DNA of 64,000 bases from Antedon mediterranea (taxonomy: Eukaryota; Animalia; Echinodermata), in contig NC_092674.1 of NCBI RefSeq assembly GCF_964355755.1, positions 13,144,001 to 13,208,000 on the forward strand, read 5' to 3'. The notes beneath the pieces are model-generated. The model had not been told where the DNA came from, did no database searches, and saw only the letters and a list, made by a program, of their open reading frames with translations. Every line of letters starts with the position of its first letter. Position 1 is the first letter of the stretch. A program made the translations under genes and the position numbers. Below are positions 25,539 through 39,772 of the stretch, piece after piece.

Positions 25539-28500
25539 CTGAAATATTACAAACATTATGTTATAGTATTTTCTATCTCTAAACAAAGTAGTAAAATATT
25601 GTCCTGAAATCAATACGATGTGATCAATTAAAAATGACGTTATATTTTTAAATAATGCTACATTGTTAAATTAAATAAAGAATATTAACCCTTTTTTTAA
25701 AGATAATGTATTGTATGCATATAAATTTGTCTTTCTTGTAGACCTATAACATTTTTTTATAGTGCTTTATAAATTTATAAAACAAATAAGTGTTTTTTTT
25801 TTGGCCTGAAAAGTAAAACTTCATCCGGTAGTGATAACTAGTCTGAGTGTAAACTGGCAGTTACAGCTAAAATATATCTAGGCTTCAAATTCTGTTCAGG
25901 TAACACATTTTGACTGCTAAATCCTTACTATTGGTTTCATTTTACCGTTACTTGGAGGGTATATTGTTTTTTTATGTTTTATAACATCAAATGAAAATCT
26001 TGATTCATATCCATTTATTGTATCATTTCGCATAAAACACAATGTTGCTCTACAGCACAATACAATGCAAAAACAGATAACTGAAAAAACCACGACATAT
26101 CATTCTCTAACATTCAGTGCCTTAAAGGCTTATGGTAACAATGATTACGGATCTATTAGGAGAGCTGATGGACCTTTTCTTTGAACGTCAAAATAGTGCA
26201 TTGGATTGGTTGGGTCTTGCAAAATTGAATGTGTTTCCTCATTAAAGTCTCTTATAAAAATGAATCAAAATGAGATTTGCTTAATTATAAGTACTGTAGT
26301 CCTATACGTGAAGCATAACTAATAATACGTTCCAGTCAATTCTTACATGTGGTACAGGTAAACTATAAATAAAGAATAATGAGAATACTTTCAATGACAG
26401 ATTTAGGCCTATCTGAAAAGAGGCCTAGAAATCAGATAGGGGAAGTGGAATGTTACAGGTAGTCAATATAGCCATTATATCTTATTATTCCTTTCTGATC
26501 ACTCTTAAGCCTGGTTCACACCTAATTGTTTGCACTTCAAGTATTATTATAAATATATTATATAATATATTATAAATAATAATAAATAATATAATTATAA
26601 ATAATATATTATAAATATTATAATAATTATGACCTATCCACGTTCTATCACCATATTAAATAATTTGTCATTGTTTAAAGAAAACATTAATCATGTTTTT
26701 AAAGTGTAATAAGTGCTAATAAGTGTCTTTGATGTTTACATTGGTAGTTAATTACTGCAATACAAATACCTACTTATCATTATAAGTATATGCAAGTTAC
26801 TTTTTGGTAACTTAAAATTAATTGTCATAAACAGGTTATTAAATGATACTGGTATGTACTTTTGTGTCTAATTTATCCAAAACAATATTATTTAAATTAT
26901 ATACTTTTAATATTAAATCATTGGACAGTTTGTGTGATATGTGTAATGTACTTGCTAATTTAAAAAAAAAGTATGAAAGCAAACATAACAACAATGATTA
27001 CTAGTTTCCCGAATAATTGTTGAATTAAACTAAAATTTGAACTCAACCATCACCGTGATGATATCGGGATATCCGCGTTAACGCACACAGTGTAACAAAC
27101 ATCTTGAAATACACTCATACTCTATAAACTGAAAACATGTATAGTGCTGAATTATGTCTATTATGTGTCATACAGTACTAAGTGCGAATAACCAATAATG
27201 TAGTGTTTTTTTCCGTAACGAAAACAATGCATTTAATTTGATATTTTTCTTGATAGTATAATATTCAATTGTTTGATTATGTCACTGTTATGAGTCCAGG
27301 TAAGCACATGCAATGAATACTAATATTGGTGTCCTTTCTACATGATCTCAAGCTCTTCCGCTAGTCACCTAATCGACCAAAAATATTGGTATGCATACAG
27401 AGATTCATGTCAGGAATAAAGAATGTAAGTCGCTTATTACGAAGATGGACCTATTTCATTATGTAACTGCTGTTGTCACTATGATGTTATTTACGTACAT
27501 AATTTGTATAATTAATTTTTATCTATTGTGTAATCAGTTATGTTTTCAGATTGAACTTAACTGATTTTAAATCAATGGGAGCTCATCAGTTATATACATT
27601 ATAATGATTTCAGATTTGACAAAATAATTAAAACTGATTACTCTCCGGTTATCAGAAAACTTAAATGTGTTAATATTTACATAAACAATGGTACGAAGAC
27701 GTAAACTTACTGTGAGCTTCTGCATTCAATATATACTATTAAGAGGCTAATTATGCTTATTTCAAATAACAGTTCGGAATAGTTGGATTTTGTTGCTTAT
27801 GTTCGAAATTGTCTTTTATTTCAAACTCACAAAAACGGGCAATGAAAATTTCGTTATTAAAAACAGTATTTAAAGCTTATTCAGTATTAGTTAAATTATT
27901 CAATTATTCATTTATTTATATGTGTTGTTCTATTTTTTTTCACTGTTTATGTATACTTAAATAGGACGGTAGCTCTTTTCGTATATTTGTTGCTGTTAGG
28001 ATAATAAATATTTCACTTCAAAAACTTTCCAAAAATAGTCTTACACAACAATGACAACGTGTCGCCATAAAGCAAATATTCATTTCACAGGAATTCAGTA
28101 CATTATTGTTTTATATTATTGTAATTCGATGTTTTCTTCATTTTTACTATTAGTAATGTCAATTATTATCTTATTAGAAAAAAGGGTTTAGTCGAGTCAA
28201 CTTTAGATCTGCAAGTGACAGAGAAGCTTTTCTCTTGTCCGATGTCAGGTGGTGATTGAATCTGAGTTAAAAGTTTTTAATAAGGCATTAGATTTTCGTA
28301 ATACTTTACGTCACCCTTCATAGGTATTAAATGTCATTTTAATATGCATTTTCGACTTACAGTATATTTAATATATTTCATTCTTGTGTTTGATTTGTTT
28401 AGTCTGTAAATCAACAATGTAATTATTATTACTCTGAAAGGGTCTTACGTGACAAGATTTTTTATCTTCTATTATTGATCCTATTATGGTTTCTTTATAT

Positions 28501-29639
28501 CAATTCTATTTTTATCTTTTTACTATTTGTTTGTTATACTGAGCCATTTATGAAATAAATGTTCTTGAATTAAATTGATTTGAATGAATATTATTATGAA
28601 TAGTTTGTCTTGAATGAAGTTTAATTTAATTTGAATTGCATGTTTATTGTATTAACATTTATCTGTAATTGCAGTATTAATTTGTTTAAAATGAATCTTA
28701 TGAGTGTTTTACAGAAAAAATGGTACTTCCTACTAGTAGTAGGACTAGTATTGTCGTGGATGCCATTCCATTTTCAGATTGTTATTTGTAAATTAAAGTG
28801 CAATTAACCCAGCAATTGTCATATTTCATTTAGAGTAGTAAGCCCTCTATAATGTTCCATACTATGTTATAATTATTCATGAATTATTCATGATTTCTGC
28901 CCACGTTCGTCCTGGGGAAAAAAAATACGCGTCCTGTACTTAGAATTTACTTTGACAATAATTTGCTCACGGTTGTATGGCGGCGCCCTTCCACATAACC
29001 TTCTTTCCCATCCCATCCTACTGAAACCGAATTTAGACATTTTTAAATAGATTTGATTTGGTACGCTACCAATAATACTACTGTTTTAATAATACAGTAG
29101 AAAGATTTCTCGCCTATGTAAACAAAAGAAGGGTTACTTCTTGACACTCTCAAAAGGCTTTATAGATTGTTGCTATTAATTCGGTTCGAACGTAAATGAG
29201 TTGGCAGTAAATTAATAGAAGTTTTAAAAGGAAGTTAAAAAGAGGCGTATGAATGAAGGTGAGCGAATAAGGCCTATTCCACATCTTTGTGTGTGATTGA
29301 TGCGTTTATAACTATTATAGACACTGTTATATACATTCTGTAAAAGCATGTTTCATTGTTGTTGCCGACGGATCGATTATGATGTTATGTATAATACAGG
29401 TCATGATTATTGTTACTAAAATAGGAAAATAAGCTACTAAATTGTGTTTGTGTTGTACCATGTTGTGTTTCACAACATAGTTCTGCTGGTTCTGTTACTT
29501 ATATATACAACAGTACTTTATAATAATATTTATTAAAATGTGCTTATATAGAATACAATTTTGCTTATGTATCGCTGTTTCACATTGATCAAAGCGATTG
29601 ACATTATTATTATACAATGTAGTAGCAGTTAACAATATA

Positions 29640-30010
29640 TATCTCAATTATGTATTGAATGAAATTTAAAATCACTTCATTTTTTAATAATACGTTCATT
29701 TTAATAATGATTTTAAACCAAAATTCCGATTTAACCAGTCTAATTTGTGCTGGAGAAAGAGCAGTTCAGAGCACAGGATCGGCTAAATGCAAGACAATCA
29801 CCTGAAACTAGTAATTGGATTGTACAGATGCCTAGTAATTGGATTGTACAGACGCCTGGTGTCATTCTCACACCGAAATCCCTTTCTGTTAAAACCATAG
29901 GGTCTAGTAAAATCTCGAAGGTACTCTGACGCTAGATTATCGAGACAATTATGAACATTCAAATGTCTTACATTGAATTCTACAATGTAAAGGAAGCCAA
30001 TGAAGCTCAA
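29640..30010 (-). mobile_element. L2-like LINE 3' fragment (related piece at about 5390-5460)
   Basis: LHWLPLHCRI.F...HNCLDNLASEYL-type motifs; internal 24-bp tandem duplication at about 29808-29856. Confidence 0.6.
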
Positions 30011-30865
30011 AAGGAAGTAATATAAGTCTAGCGTTTTGTAATATTTTCATTTTTTTTACCAAAGATACCAACAAACTCCGTGTTACATTAGTCCAGTCCA
30101 CAAAGGGACCATTGGCATTAGCGCACGTCGTATTAACTTAAAACTTTCTAATTCTGCATAGACCTCTCGCTCACCCTCTAGTAAGTGTGGACGATGGACT
30201 GTTTAATAAAAAACCTCAGTTACCATATAATTATTGCAATTACTATTTGTAAAATAAACCTAATCTGGTTGTCAGTGCCATTTTTAGACTAAATAAGATG
30301 AGGAATATAACAGTTTAAAGTACCATGCTTATTATTCGGGGGGGGGGGGGGGGGGGGAGGGGGTTAGGGGGGGGGGGGGCGTTCATTTGTGAGAGGCGTT
30401 TTTCGATCAAATTTCATATTTGTATATATAGATATGAACAAACCTGTCTTTAGATATAAAGAATATTAACACAAAAACTAATTTTTGTTAACACAACAGA
30501 ATTTCTATTATCAAGATACTAATTTATGGTGGCCCATCTATTGTCCTTTTGTTGTTTTATATCCTTTATTACTGTATGTTAATGTCATTGTTATGTATTG
30601 CTTTTGCTATTTTTGAGTGTTTAGTAAATGTATTTGTTAGTATGGGGCAAACCTCTAACTAACGAAATCTTTTTTTTTTGCTCCAATTTGCTTTTGCTAT
30701 TGGTGAATAAAGAAGAATATAAAATACAATTGTATTTAATATAATGATAGAGTTAACGATTGTATCAAAATGCTTGGTAAATTGTAGGTATAGCAGTCAA
30801 TGAATTCTTCCACAAATAGAATTGTGTTTGTGTTATAATACAATATTGTGCGTATTAATATAAAC

Positions 30866-33202
30866 TAGGCTATGAATGAGGTAGGTGCCACCCGGAGAGA
30901 TAGAAATTCTCATATGACTTTTCTAGACCAGTTTTTTTCTGCAGAATCCAAATATATTGGGTAAACGGGCTGTAACCTGAGAACTTTCGCGTGAGGGCGC
31001 TTTTTTTAAATGGCTGCCAGTTACAGTAGACTATGATATCTTGGCAACCACTAATTATAGTTCCTATTTGATGTAATATAATTTTGTCCGAAAATGGCCG
31101 GATATACCTCTATTGACCTTTGACCCAATATCGAACAGATATCATATCTCCGTAACTACTCGACACAAAAAGTTGTAATTGGTGTCAAACTGTCCAGAAT
31201 ATAGATGTTTATATTCAAACTAAAAGAACATTATCTGTAAAAATGACCGAAAATAAAGTTACTGACCTTTGACCCAAAATGCAAGACATTTCTCCTATAT
31301 GATCACGTTTAGTAATATCTTGTCAATTAATTCATTTTGTGCCAATTGGAGGTTGACATTCTCATATTATTTTCTGGACCAGTTTTTAATGTGCAATCCG
31401 AATATATATAGATAAATAAGCCATAACAAGGCCAATAATTTAATTCTTTTACTACATACATGCTTCCCGTTAGTGTTTCAGTCTGTATGTCGTGTATTAA
31501 TCTTCAAGATCGCTCACATCACTGCAATCTGAAAAGTCTTCATATTCATTATGTGTAAACAGTTCCTGGACATCTGCGGGCATCACTGTCTCAATCCATT
31601 TAGGCTCCATTTGTTCATTCCATCCATTGTGTGTACTGTTGTTGACAAAATCATTGACGTCTGCTGATTGCCATTCTTTAACAATGAAGTTTGCTCTAAG
31701 TATATGAAACTCAAGGGTCTGCTGACATGCTGTCAGTAATGATATATCTGTAAACATGTTGTGTCTGGAAAACGTTCTGTTGAAGATATCATATCTTGCT
31801 TGATTTACACTTTTCCCCTTCACTCCATACAATAGTGAAACATACTCTTCAAGTTCCTCATACAACTCTTTTGATGGAACATCTGACACTCCAAGGTTGC
31901 AGAATGTGTCAACAAATTTTGCTTTTGATTCAAGAAGCTTCCAGCAGGTACGTTTTCCTTTCCGAAAGAAAGCGGAGTTATAATCGTTACCCGTGAAAGC
32001 ATGGAATCCAATAAGGGATGATTTATGCGCTTTTGTTTGACACTAGTACACAGCGAATAAGCTCAATCAATCTGGTCTTGTTTTTGCCGTTGGCAAGGAA
32101 ATTGTTGAATACACGGGACAACTTTGATATTGTTGAGCTTACAATTACCTTTGGTGCAATACCGCGTCTGTTTCTCTCAACAGACTTAATGCTTTTTGGC
32201 AAGTATGCAACGGCAACAATATCAACACGCTTGTATCCTTTAGGAATGCTGTTGAAAACCTTTGCTGCAGGATCCTCGTACGTATCAGGATAAGATGTAA
32301 ATGTTAACATAGGCAATGACAGTAGTCTTTGCTGGCAGTTCTCGACCAGGATCCATAACATCTGTTGAACTTTTTTCGATGAGATTTTCCATTAGGACAC
32401 TTTTCTGAGTTGTTCGTCTTGTCCCATCTGCATCAGCCAGGCTTAGCGGGACAGGGGTAAGTGGATACTCAAAGGCTTTCTTAAATTATTAATTATTCTA
32501 CCATGCTTTGTTGAGGTGGCAAGAATCTTTCCTAAAACATCCCGATTAGCTTCTATTACTTTTACTTTCCCATTTGCCTTAATTTCGAGTTTCTTCCCAC
32601 TATTGTTGAGGTGGCAAGAAGCTTTCCTAAAACATCCCGATTAGCTTCTATTACTTTTACTTTCCCATTTGCCTTAATTTCGAGTTTCTTCCCACTATTC
32701 GAAAATAAAGTGATCTTGTTGCGCTTAATAGGGTCATGGAATTTCACTTTAGTTGACTCAAGCCTTTCCTTTACAAAGCTTTCATGGACTGACTTGCCAT
32801 TTTACAGGACTTTAAATATTTGAATATAAACATCTATATTCTTGAGAGTTTGACACCAATTACAACTTTCTGTGTCGAGTAGTTACGGAGATATGATATC
32901 TGTTGGATATTGGGTCAAAGGTCAATATAGGTATTTCCGGCCATTTTCGGACAAAATGTGCTATTACATCAAATAGGAACATGTACATTCCAAACAAGTT
33001 GACACCGTAATTAACTCTCTATGACCAGTGGTTGCCAAGATATCATAGTCTACTGTAACTGGCGGCCATTTTTGAAAAAAAACGCCTTCACGCGAAAGTA
33101 CAGCCCGTTTACCCAGTATATTTGGATTCCCCAGAAAAAACTGGTCTAGAAAAGTAATATGAGAATTTCTACCTCTCCGGGTGGCACCTACCTCATTCAT
33201 AG
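30866..33202 (-). mobile_element. AcademX-like DNA transposon, internally deleted, with long TIRs
   Basis: About 350-bp TIRs starting CTATGAATGAGGTAGGTGCCACCCGGAGAG, with TAG at the left terminus. ORF remnants at 31497-32800 include an XPG/H3TH-like GFHAFTGNDYNSAFFRKGK and HILRANF..W...NGW. A 95-bp tandem duplication lies at about 32508-32699. No clean TSD. Confidence 0.75.
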
Positions 33203-34275
33203 TTTCTTAGTAAAGTGATCTCTAATCAATCAAATTGAAAGTATACGTGAATCATAATTAACAATACATTTGAGTTCCAACTTATCCTTACATGTGGTCC
33301 CTGTAAACCATGCAACAATGATAAAAGTGAGAATACTTTCAATGACCGATTTATAAAAAAAAGACGTAGGCCTGATGGGAGGTTTAACTTCAAAATATTT
33401 AAGTCTATGCAAAAAGTAAAAACGTTGAGCATGGGCCTTAGTAATAATACTTATTGTCGTGCCATTTAAGATCTCTAGTGATTTATTTACAATGTCAATT
33501 CCAGAGGGGGTATTTCATATTGTAGGTGATTTACATTTTGTGTTATAAAATGTCGAGTGTTTCACCTGCTTTGATAGAAACTATACTGTAATGAGTTGAA
33601 AATGTAAACATATTAGTATATTAGTAAACACATGATGTACTGCAAACCAAACTAGTGTATTTGTGCACATAATAGTAGGTGACATTTGTAATTGAGATCG
33701 TTTTATTTGACACGAAAACATGTAAACTCATAAAAAACGTACATAATCATATAATGTAGTACATTTTGAATGCTGACATGACATGATAAACATTAAACAT
33801 GTTCCTTCTAACATAGATTTTTCTCAGATTCCTTGGATTTCGTTCTTAAATACGGTATATTATTTTATTTATTGTAATGCCATGTGTTCTCTACACATGT
33901 CGATATAGTTAGGGTACGGACACTTATCTTAGTATTACAGGGTAACACCGTGGCTTAACAATATATTTTTTATTATAAAATATAGACCTTTGCAAAAACA
34001 CTACTTAGTTTATTAATGAAAAAGATCTTAATTGAAATATACATTTCAATTACCTGTACGCGAGTGCAAATACAACATCTAATTCAATATGTATATGCAA
34101 AAAGCTAAAATTATGTTTTCGAGAATTGTTGTTTTTTTTAGAACACACTACTAAGTGGTTGGTGTAACTTCACATTTATGGTATATTGAAACATTATATG
34201 TTAATTAGTCACCTTAATATGGACCTTTGCCATATACGATGATTTAAAATTCAGAGTTTTAGTATTATAGTATTA

Positions 34276-34985
34276 CAGTTAAACCCCATGAGCGGTCACC
34301 TCCCGAAAGCTGCCTCCCTTAACGGCCGTACTTTCGAAAAGCATGTTTGTTCTTCATCTAAATAGTGGACCATCTCACGTGAGCGCCATCTCACGTGAGT
34401 GGCCGCGGAAAATTTGGTTACAACACATTAGATTATTTGTATGGTAAATTACCTCCCGTAAGCGGCCACACAACAACAATACATGGCTGCAGTCGCGTGC
34501 ACAAATTTCAGTTAGTGTTTACCGACCGACCGAAGTATCAAAATACAATGTTCATACTTAAATTGACCTTTTGTAACATTTTTCAAAATGTATAACAAAT
34601 AACAAAATATATATTTCGAACAATTTAAAACCAAATTCAAGTGTCTACGACGAGTAGTTACGGAGATAAATACATGCCCTGGGTTGTGGGCCAAAGGTCA
34701 AAAATGGCATTTCCGGTCATTTTAAACTAAAATGTCCCATTAGACTGAATATAAATGTATACCTTCTGATCAATTTGAGACCAAAATTACTTCGCTCTGA
34801 CCACTGGTTGTTGAGATTTAAGGACATATTGGTGTTTGGTCTTATGACCTTTCACCTGACCTTTTGACCTTTCACCACATTTTCAAAATGTGTAACCAAG
34901 CCAAAAATGATTGTTTGACCGCCCTAAACCAATTTCTGAAGTCAAATTCTCTGGACCTCAAAGTGCATACGAAAGCTGATCTAGC
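34276..34985. mobile_element. Composite DNA-transposon debris: pogo-like end (TA|CAGTTAAACC) followed by Academ-type subterminal sequence
   Basis: Repeated GCGG(T/C)CAC motifs; 34640-34750 resembles 32870-32970; a related piece lies at about 9077-9420. Confidence 0.4.
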
Positions 34986-37900
34986 TACTAGAGTATAAAG
35001 GAGAGGCGAATTTTTTCGAAGTCGCCAAACCTTTCCTTAGCAGTCAGAACGTAACGTTAAAACTAAAATTACAGTTGCTGAAAAACTACTTATCCAAAAC
35101 GCTGTATTTTTTCACGAAATGTAAGAGTTATTATCCCTTATTTTTAATATGTAAATGTATTTAAGATTACGGTACAGGATTCTTTATATAAGTAGTTTTA
35201 AAATACTTGGTTTATTTTAAAACCACCATCGTGGTTTTGCCGTGTTGGCGGACTCGTCCATTTTACTAATAGGAATAGGATTGTAGCACATTTATATAAA
35301 ACGTTGAATTTGACTTATACGGTTTCCATTTCTGTTTTCTAATGTAAAATTAAAATTATATTATTAGTATCTCTATGTAATATATTCATATTGTACTGTA
35401 CTAGTTAGAATCTACATACCGTTATACTGCACTTTGTTTTGGTGATTTTTTAATGAAATTTTATATGAAGTTGGTATACCATTGGTTCTACTAAAATTAT
35501 TATTACTTTTATTTGTTTGTGCAATATTTGAAGATTGCTACACAAATAGAAATAATTTAAATATAATATATTTAACAGATTAAGTGTACGCACTATGCCT
35601 ATGGAACAGATTACCTATCGGACGTAGTTTAGTATGACATCTGATATTCTATTATTATAATTATTTTGTTTTATTTATTGTAATGCGCCGTGTTCTTTAT
35701 ATCTTTGATTGTATATTGTTTTTCAATAAGCGTGCGGAGGATTCAGGTAATTTCTCTTAGTATTAAAGGGTAACACCGCGGCTTAAAAATGTATATTGCT
35801 TATTATAAAATATAAACCTTTTAATCAACATTGGTATAACCGTGCCTAATTTTAGACAACACTCAGGCAAAAGTTTAGTAGCTTCTTTAAAAAAAAATTG
35901 TTCTATAAGACAATACTACAGTCTGTACGCGTATGAAGTGGAACTAATTCGCCTTAAAATACTAGTTTTAAAATATCATAATTAAACTCAACCTTTAAAA
36001 TAGCTGATAATCAGAGATGTGCGCACGTGCAAATTAACAATATAAATGAATGTTTATGTACAAAACCTAACATTATGATTCCTATTCGAGAAACGTTGTT
36101 GTTATGGGAACACACTAAGTGATTGGTGTAACTTCACACTAACAATATATTGAAACATTATATTAATTAGTCTCCTTTACATAAACCTTGGTCATATGCG
36201 ACGATTTGAAATTCAGATAGTTTTAGTATTGATATTATGTTACTGAGGTGTAGTAGTATGCTACATGCAATGTGGGTTGTTAAAAATTTTAATTTATTGA
36301 TGATAAAAAGTTTATTATTATTGTAACCGAATTAGTCATGATATACGATGAATTTAAATCAGTTTTTGCATCATGAGGTATAGTAGTATTATATTATTAT
36401 TAACTGAATTAACATTTTTTTAGTTTTATAGAATATAAATACTGGTTCGTAATGTCCAACACTCCACACTAAACATGACCATGCAATTAATACTAAACAT
36501 TGTATTACATTGACAAGTCAGAATGTTATGATTTACTTGGTATCGAAACTATACTGGATGACCAAAAGAAGACATACACTTTGTCAAATCATATCCTGTT
36601 TTGTATCGTTGGATAGTTTTAAACTATGAAATTATTTTAACAATAATATTGTTTGTACATTATAAGTTTGATGTAGTCATTATTTGTTTATCATTGAAAG
36701 TGTGAAATGTTAGAATTAATAGTGATCTTTGAAATTATAATCATGAATATTGTCTCAATGTTAATATTTAAAGTAATCTTTTCTTTATTTTATGTCATTT
36801 GACCCAAGCCTAAATAATATGAAAGCAATATTTCGAAAATAAATATTATATATATCTATAATCCGAAAGTGGATATTGGTATAATACGAATAATTAAACG
36901 ACTTTCTCTCTGGGCTTCCGAATTAAGTGAAGTAGACATTATTTTATTATGTTATTATATATTAGTAACGTTCTACCGCTATTTTTATTGAAGATAATCA
37001 TGTAACTACTAATCACCAGATGTAAACAACAAACGCAGCGCATCAGAGGCCATTTAGATCCGACGAAGAGGAACCCAACCCATCAACAGAGACGAAGGCG
37101 CCCATCAGACACGTGAATGAACCTGTCATTTCTTCTGAAGGATCTGTCGGAGTAGGACAGCGAAACTCCCAAGCAGGTTAGTTTCACAAATTTTTATTTT
37201 TTCGAAAATAATTAATACATTTTACATGCCGTATCGTTACATAAAATGCAGAGTGTACATAATCTCCGCGAAGCCATAGTAGTTATGTCATTAACATGCA
37301 TACTAGTCTAGGAAAAATATCTGAAAAGAGGCCTAGAAATCAAGATAATAATAATAATATTAATAAGATAGGGGGAGTCGAATGCTACAGGCAGCCAACA
37401 TAGCCAAATATTCTATTTAATCTCTTCTGATCACTCTAAGCTTTGTTGACACAATGTTTTGCCTAGACTATGCATTACTTCAAGTCGTCTTATACTAATA
37501 TCGGTACGTGTAATTTTCACATGATATCACAATTTTCCGCTAGACAACATCGACAAAATTTGCTTCACTCGTAACATCTCATCCCCTCCCCTTAATGAGG
37601 AACTTAATTACACACTGCATTGTTTGCAAACTGGTAAGTAATACAACCCAACAACACTGTCATGATGTAATTAGGAAAAGAAGGAACAAAATGGCTTCTT
37701 TCATTGAAACATCAATTTTAATTGATGTTTCAATATAAATACACACAGGAGCTATTTTGGCTTGGTATTATGTACAAAAGCCCTAGAAAACATCTTATTT
37801 TATTGTTTTAGTTTTCTTCAGAAATATAACTTTTGATTTCATATTTTAAACACGATATTTGTATTCGAGTATTATAATACAGTATGTATAATTTTTCAAT

Positions 37901-39772
37901 ACAGGTAGTTTTTTTTTTTGTCTACTTGCTTAATTTATGTTGCAAAACGCTGTGATGGAAATGTTGCTTTCCACGTAAAAGTACTGTAAGTGCAGATATT
38001 AGAGAGGTTTCGCAATCTTACGAATACGATAACGAAAACCTGCTGGAGTTTTGGAAAACCAAGAATGCGTAAAAAAAATGATGCTTCAACATGCTTATGC
38101 GTGGCTGAAGACAAAATATTAGTCCTAAATTGAATTGGCTTGTTTTTATTATCATTTATAGTTTACTTAAAGTTATTATTTACACAATAAGTGAAAATAT
38201 TTTGTTATGGTGAACCTTTTGTTATCGTTAAATTTATAAACACAGTTCAACAATTGTTAACACGTATTTTATTCCTATTCATGTCAATCGAATTTCATTA
38301 AACTAAAATGTTTCGATTTCCCCTTTTTCTACCAAATCGGAATTGGAAAACCTTATTCTTGATGGTAATAATTATTATGTATGTATTATTACACTGTATA
38401 ATCGATGAAGGAAACATTCATGTGTAAATATAAAAAAAAAAAATATATATATATATATTCTCATCCGTTTAGTTTATCATTTATTCAGTGTATAGGCTTC
38501 ACTGGTAATTGTCTTAAAATAAGTGCAAAGTACAACAATTTAGACAAAACAGTACGGTATTCAGTACATTCAGTTCCTCAATAACTGTTACGGAGCCTAT
38601 TTGTACAAAAGATGGTGGACCGGTAACGTACACCTTAAACACAGAATGGATCTTTTTTTCATTTTGGAGGAGATGGTAATAACAGTCCGTCGTCATTTCA
38701 GCAAAGATATCTCCGAGTTGGAATAAGAAACAACAAAACATATCCATCTAGTGCACTGTTTTACGGAGAAACCACTGTTATCTACTGTAGCTAAAATAAC
38801 CGATATTAGCTTCGATGGTTCACTATGGCAAGAAGCATACTGTTTTTGATGATCAACTTTAGATAGCATGGTAACCAACGTGGTGATGTTGCAACATGTT
38901 AAGATGCATAGCCCTTAATAATTTATATAAAGTAGGATTTTCTAAAAAGAAATACTTCAATAAAGAGTCATAATACTGTAGGTTGAAGCCTTGCAAGTAC
39001 CAACACAAAGCGTTACTGGAATTCATCAAATCCACAAGATATAATAATGTTTGGAGTATCAACCTTGACTTCAACTGATGGATGTGCTGTCTATAACGCA
39101 AAAGCTAAAGAGACCTATCATCCAACGTCATCTCTAAAGTGAAACTATTCGCCAATTATTGCATTCATAACAAAATTCCAAGTACTGAAAACGTTGGAAA
39201 TTGCAAACAGACTTTGTAAGTGAACGAGAAAAAGGTGTTAAAATGCTACTAAATGCTTCTCCGTGAGAGTTAAACACAGGAAGACACCAATCATATACGA
39301 ACACCATCCTTTCTAGTATTTGTACTCAGTCAAGTTAGATTGGTCAACCCATATAAACTAAATCACCAATAAAGCAAACAGAATACTAAGATTGCGCAAC
39401 ATAAATCTATATAGTACAATTGTAGTAGGAATATTAAACTATAGCGTATAACTATCTTATTCGACCTTTAAGCTTGAGTAATGTTTTGACGCTTGGCCAA
39501 ATCACGAATCGGACATGTACATGCTAATATTTGCAGCTAAACACATAGCACAATAATACGAGGATGCTTCGATGCAACCGTTAGCCTAACAGTTTTTTTA
39601 GGATTTTAGCACCGTGACCTCTGACTGCAGTTGATACAAATTGTTGCTCATTGTTTTATTTAGCTTAGATATTATCCTATTATATGCCTAGAAGAATAGG
39701 AGTTAGGCCATGTTATATTATATAGGCCAGGAACTTTGTTAACGTCTGTGTTTTGTATGGTAAATACACATA

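Noticed and set aside
30338-30380. Long G-runs as a functional G-quadruplex
   Set aside because: This is a homopolymer expansion in repeat debris; a loosely similar segment near 23775-23805 lacks the long runs, and run length is error-prone in assemblies.
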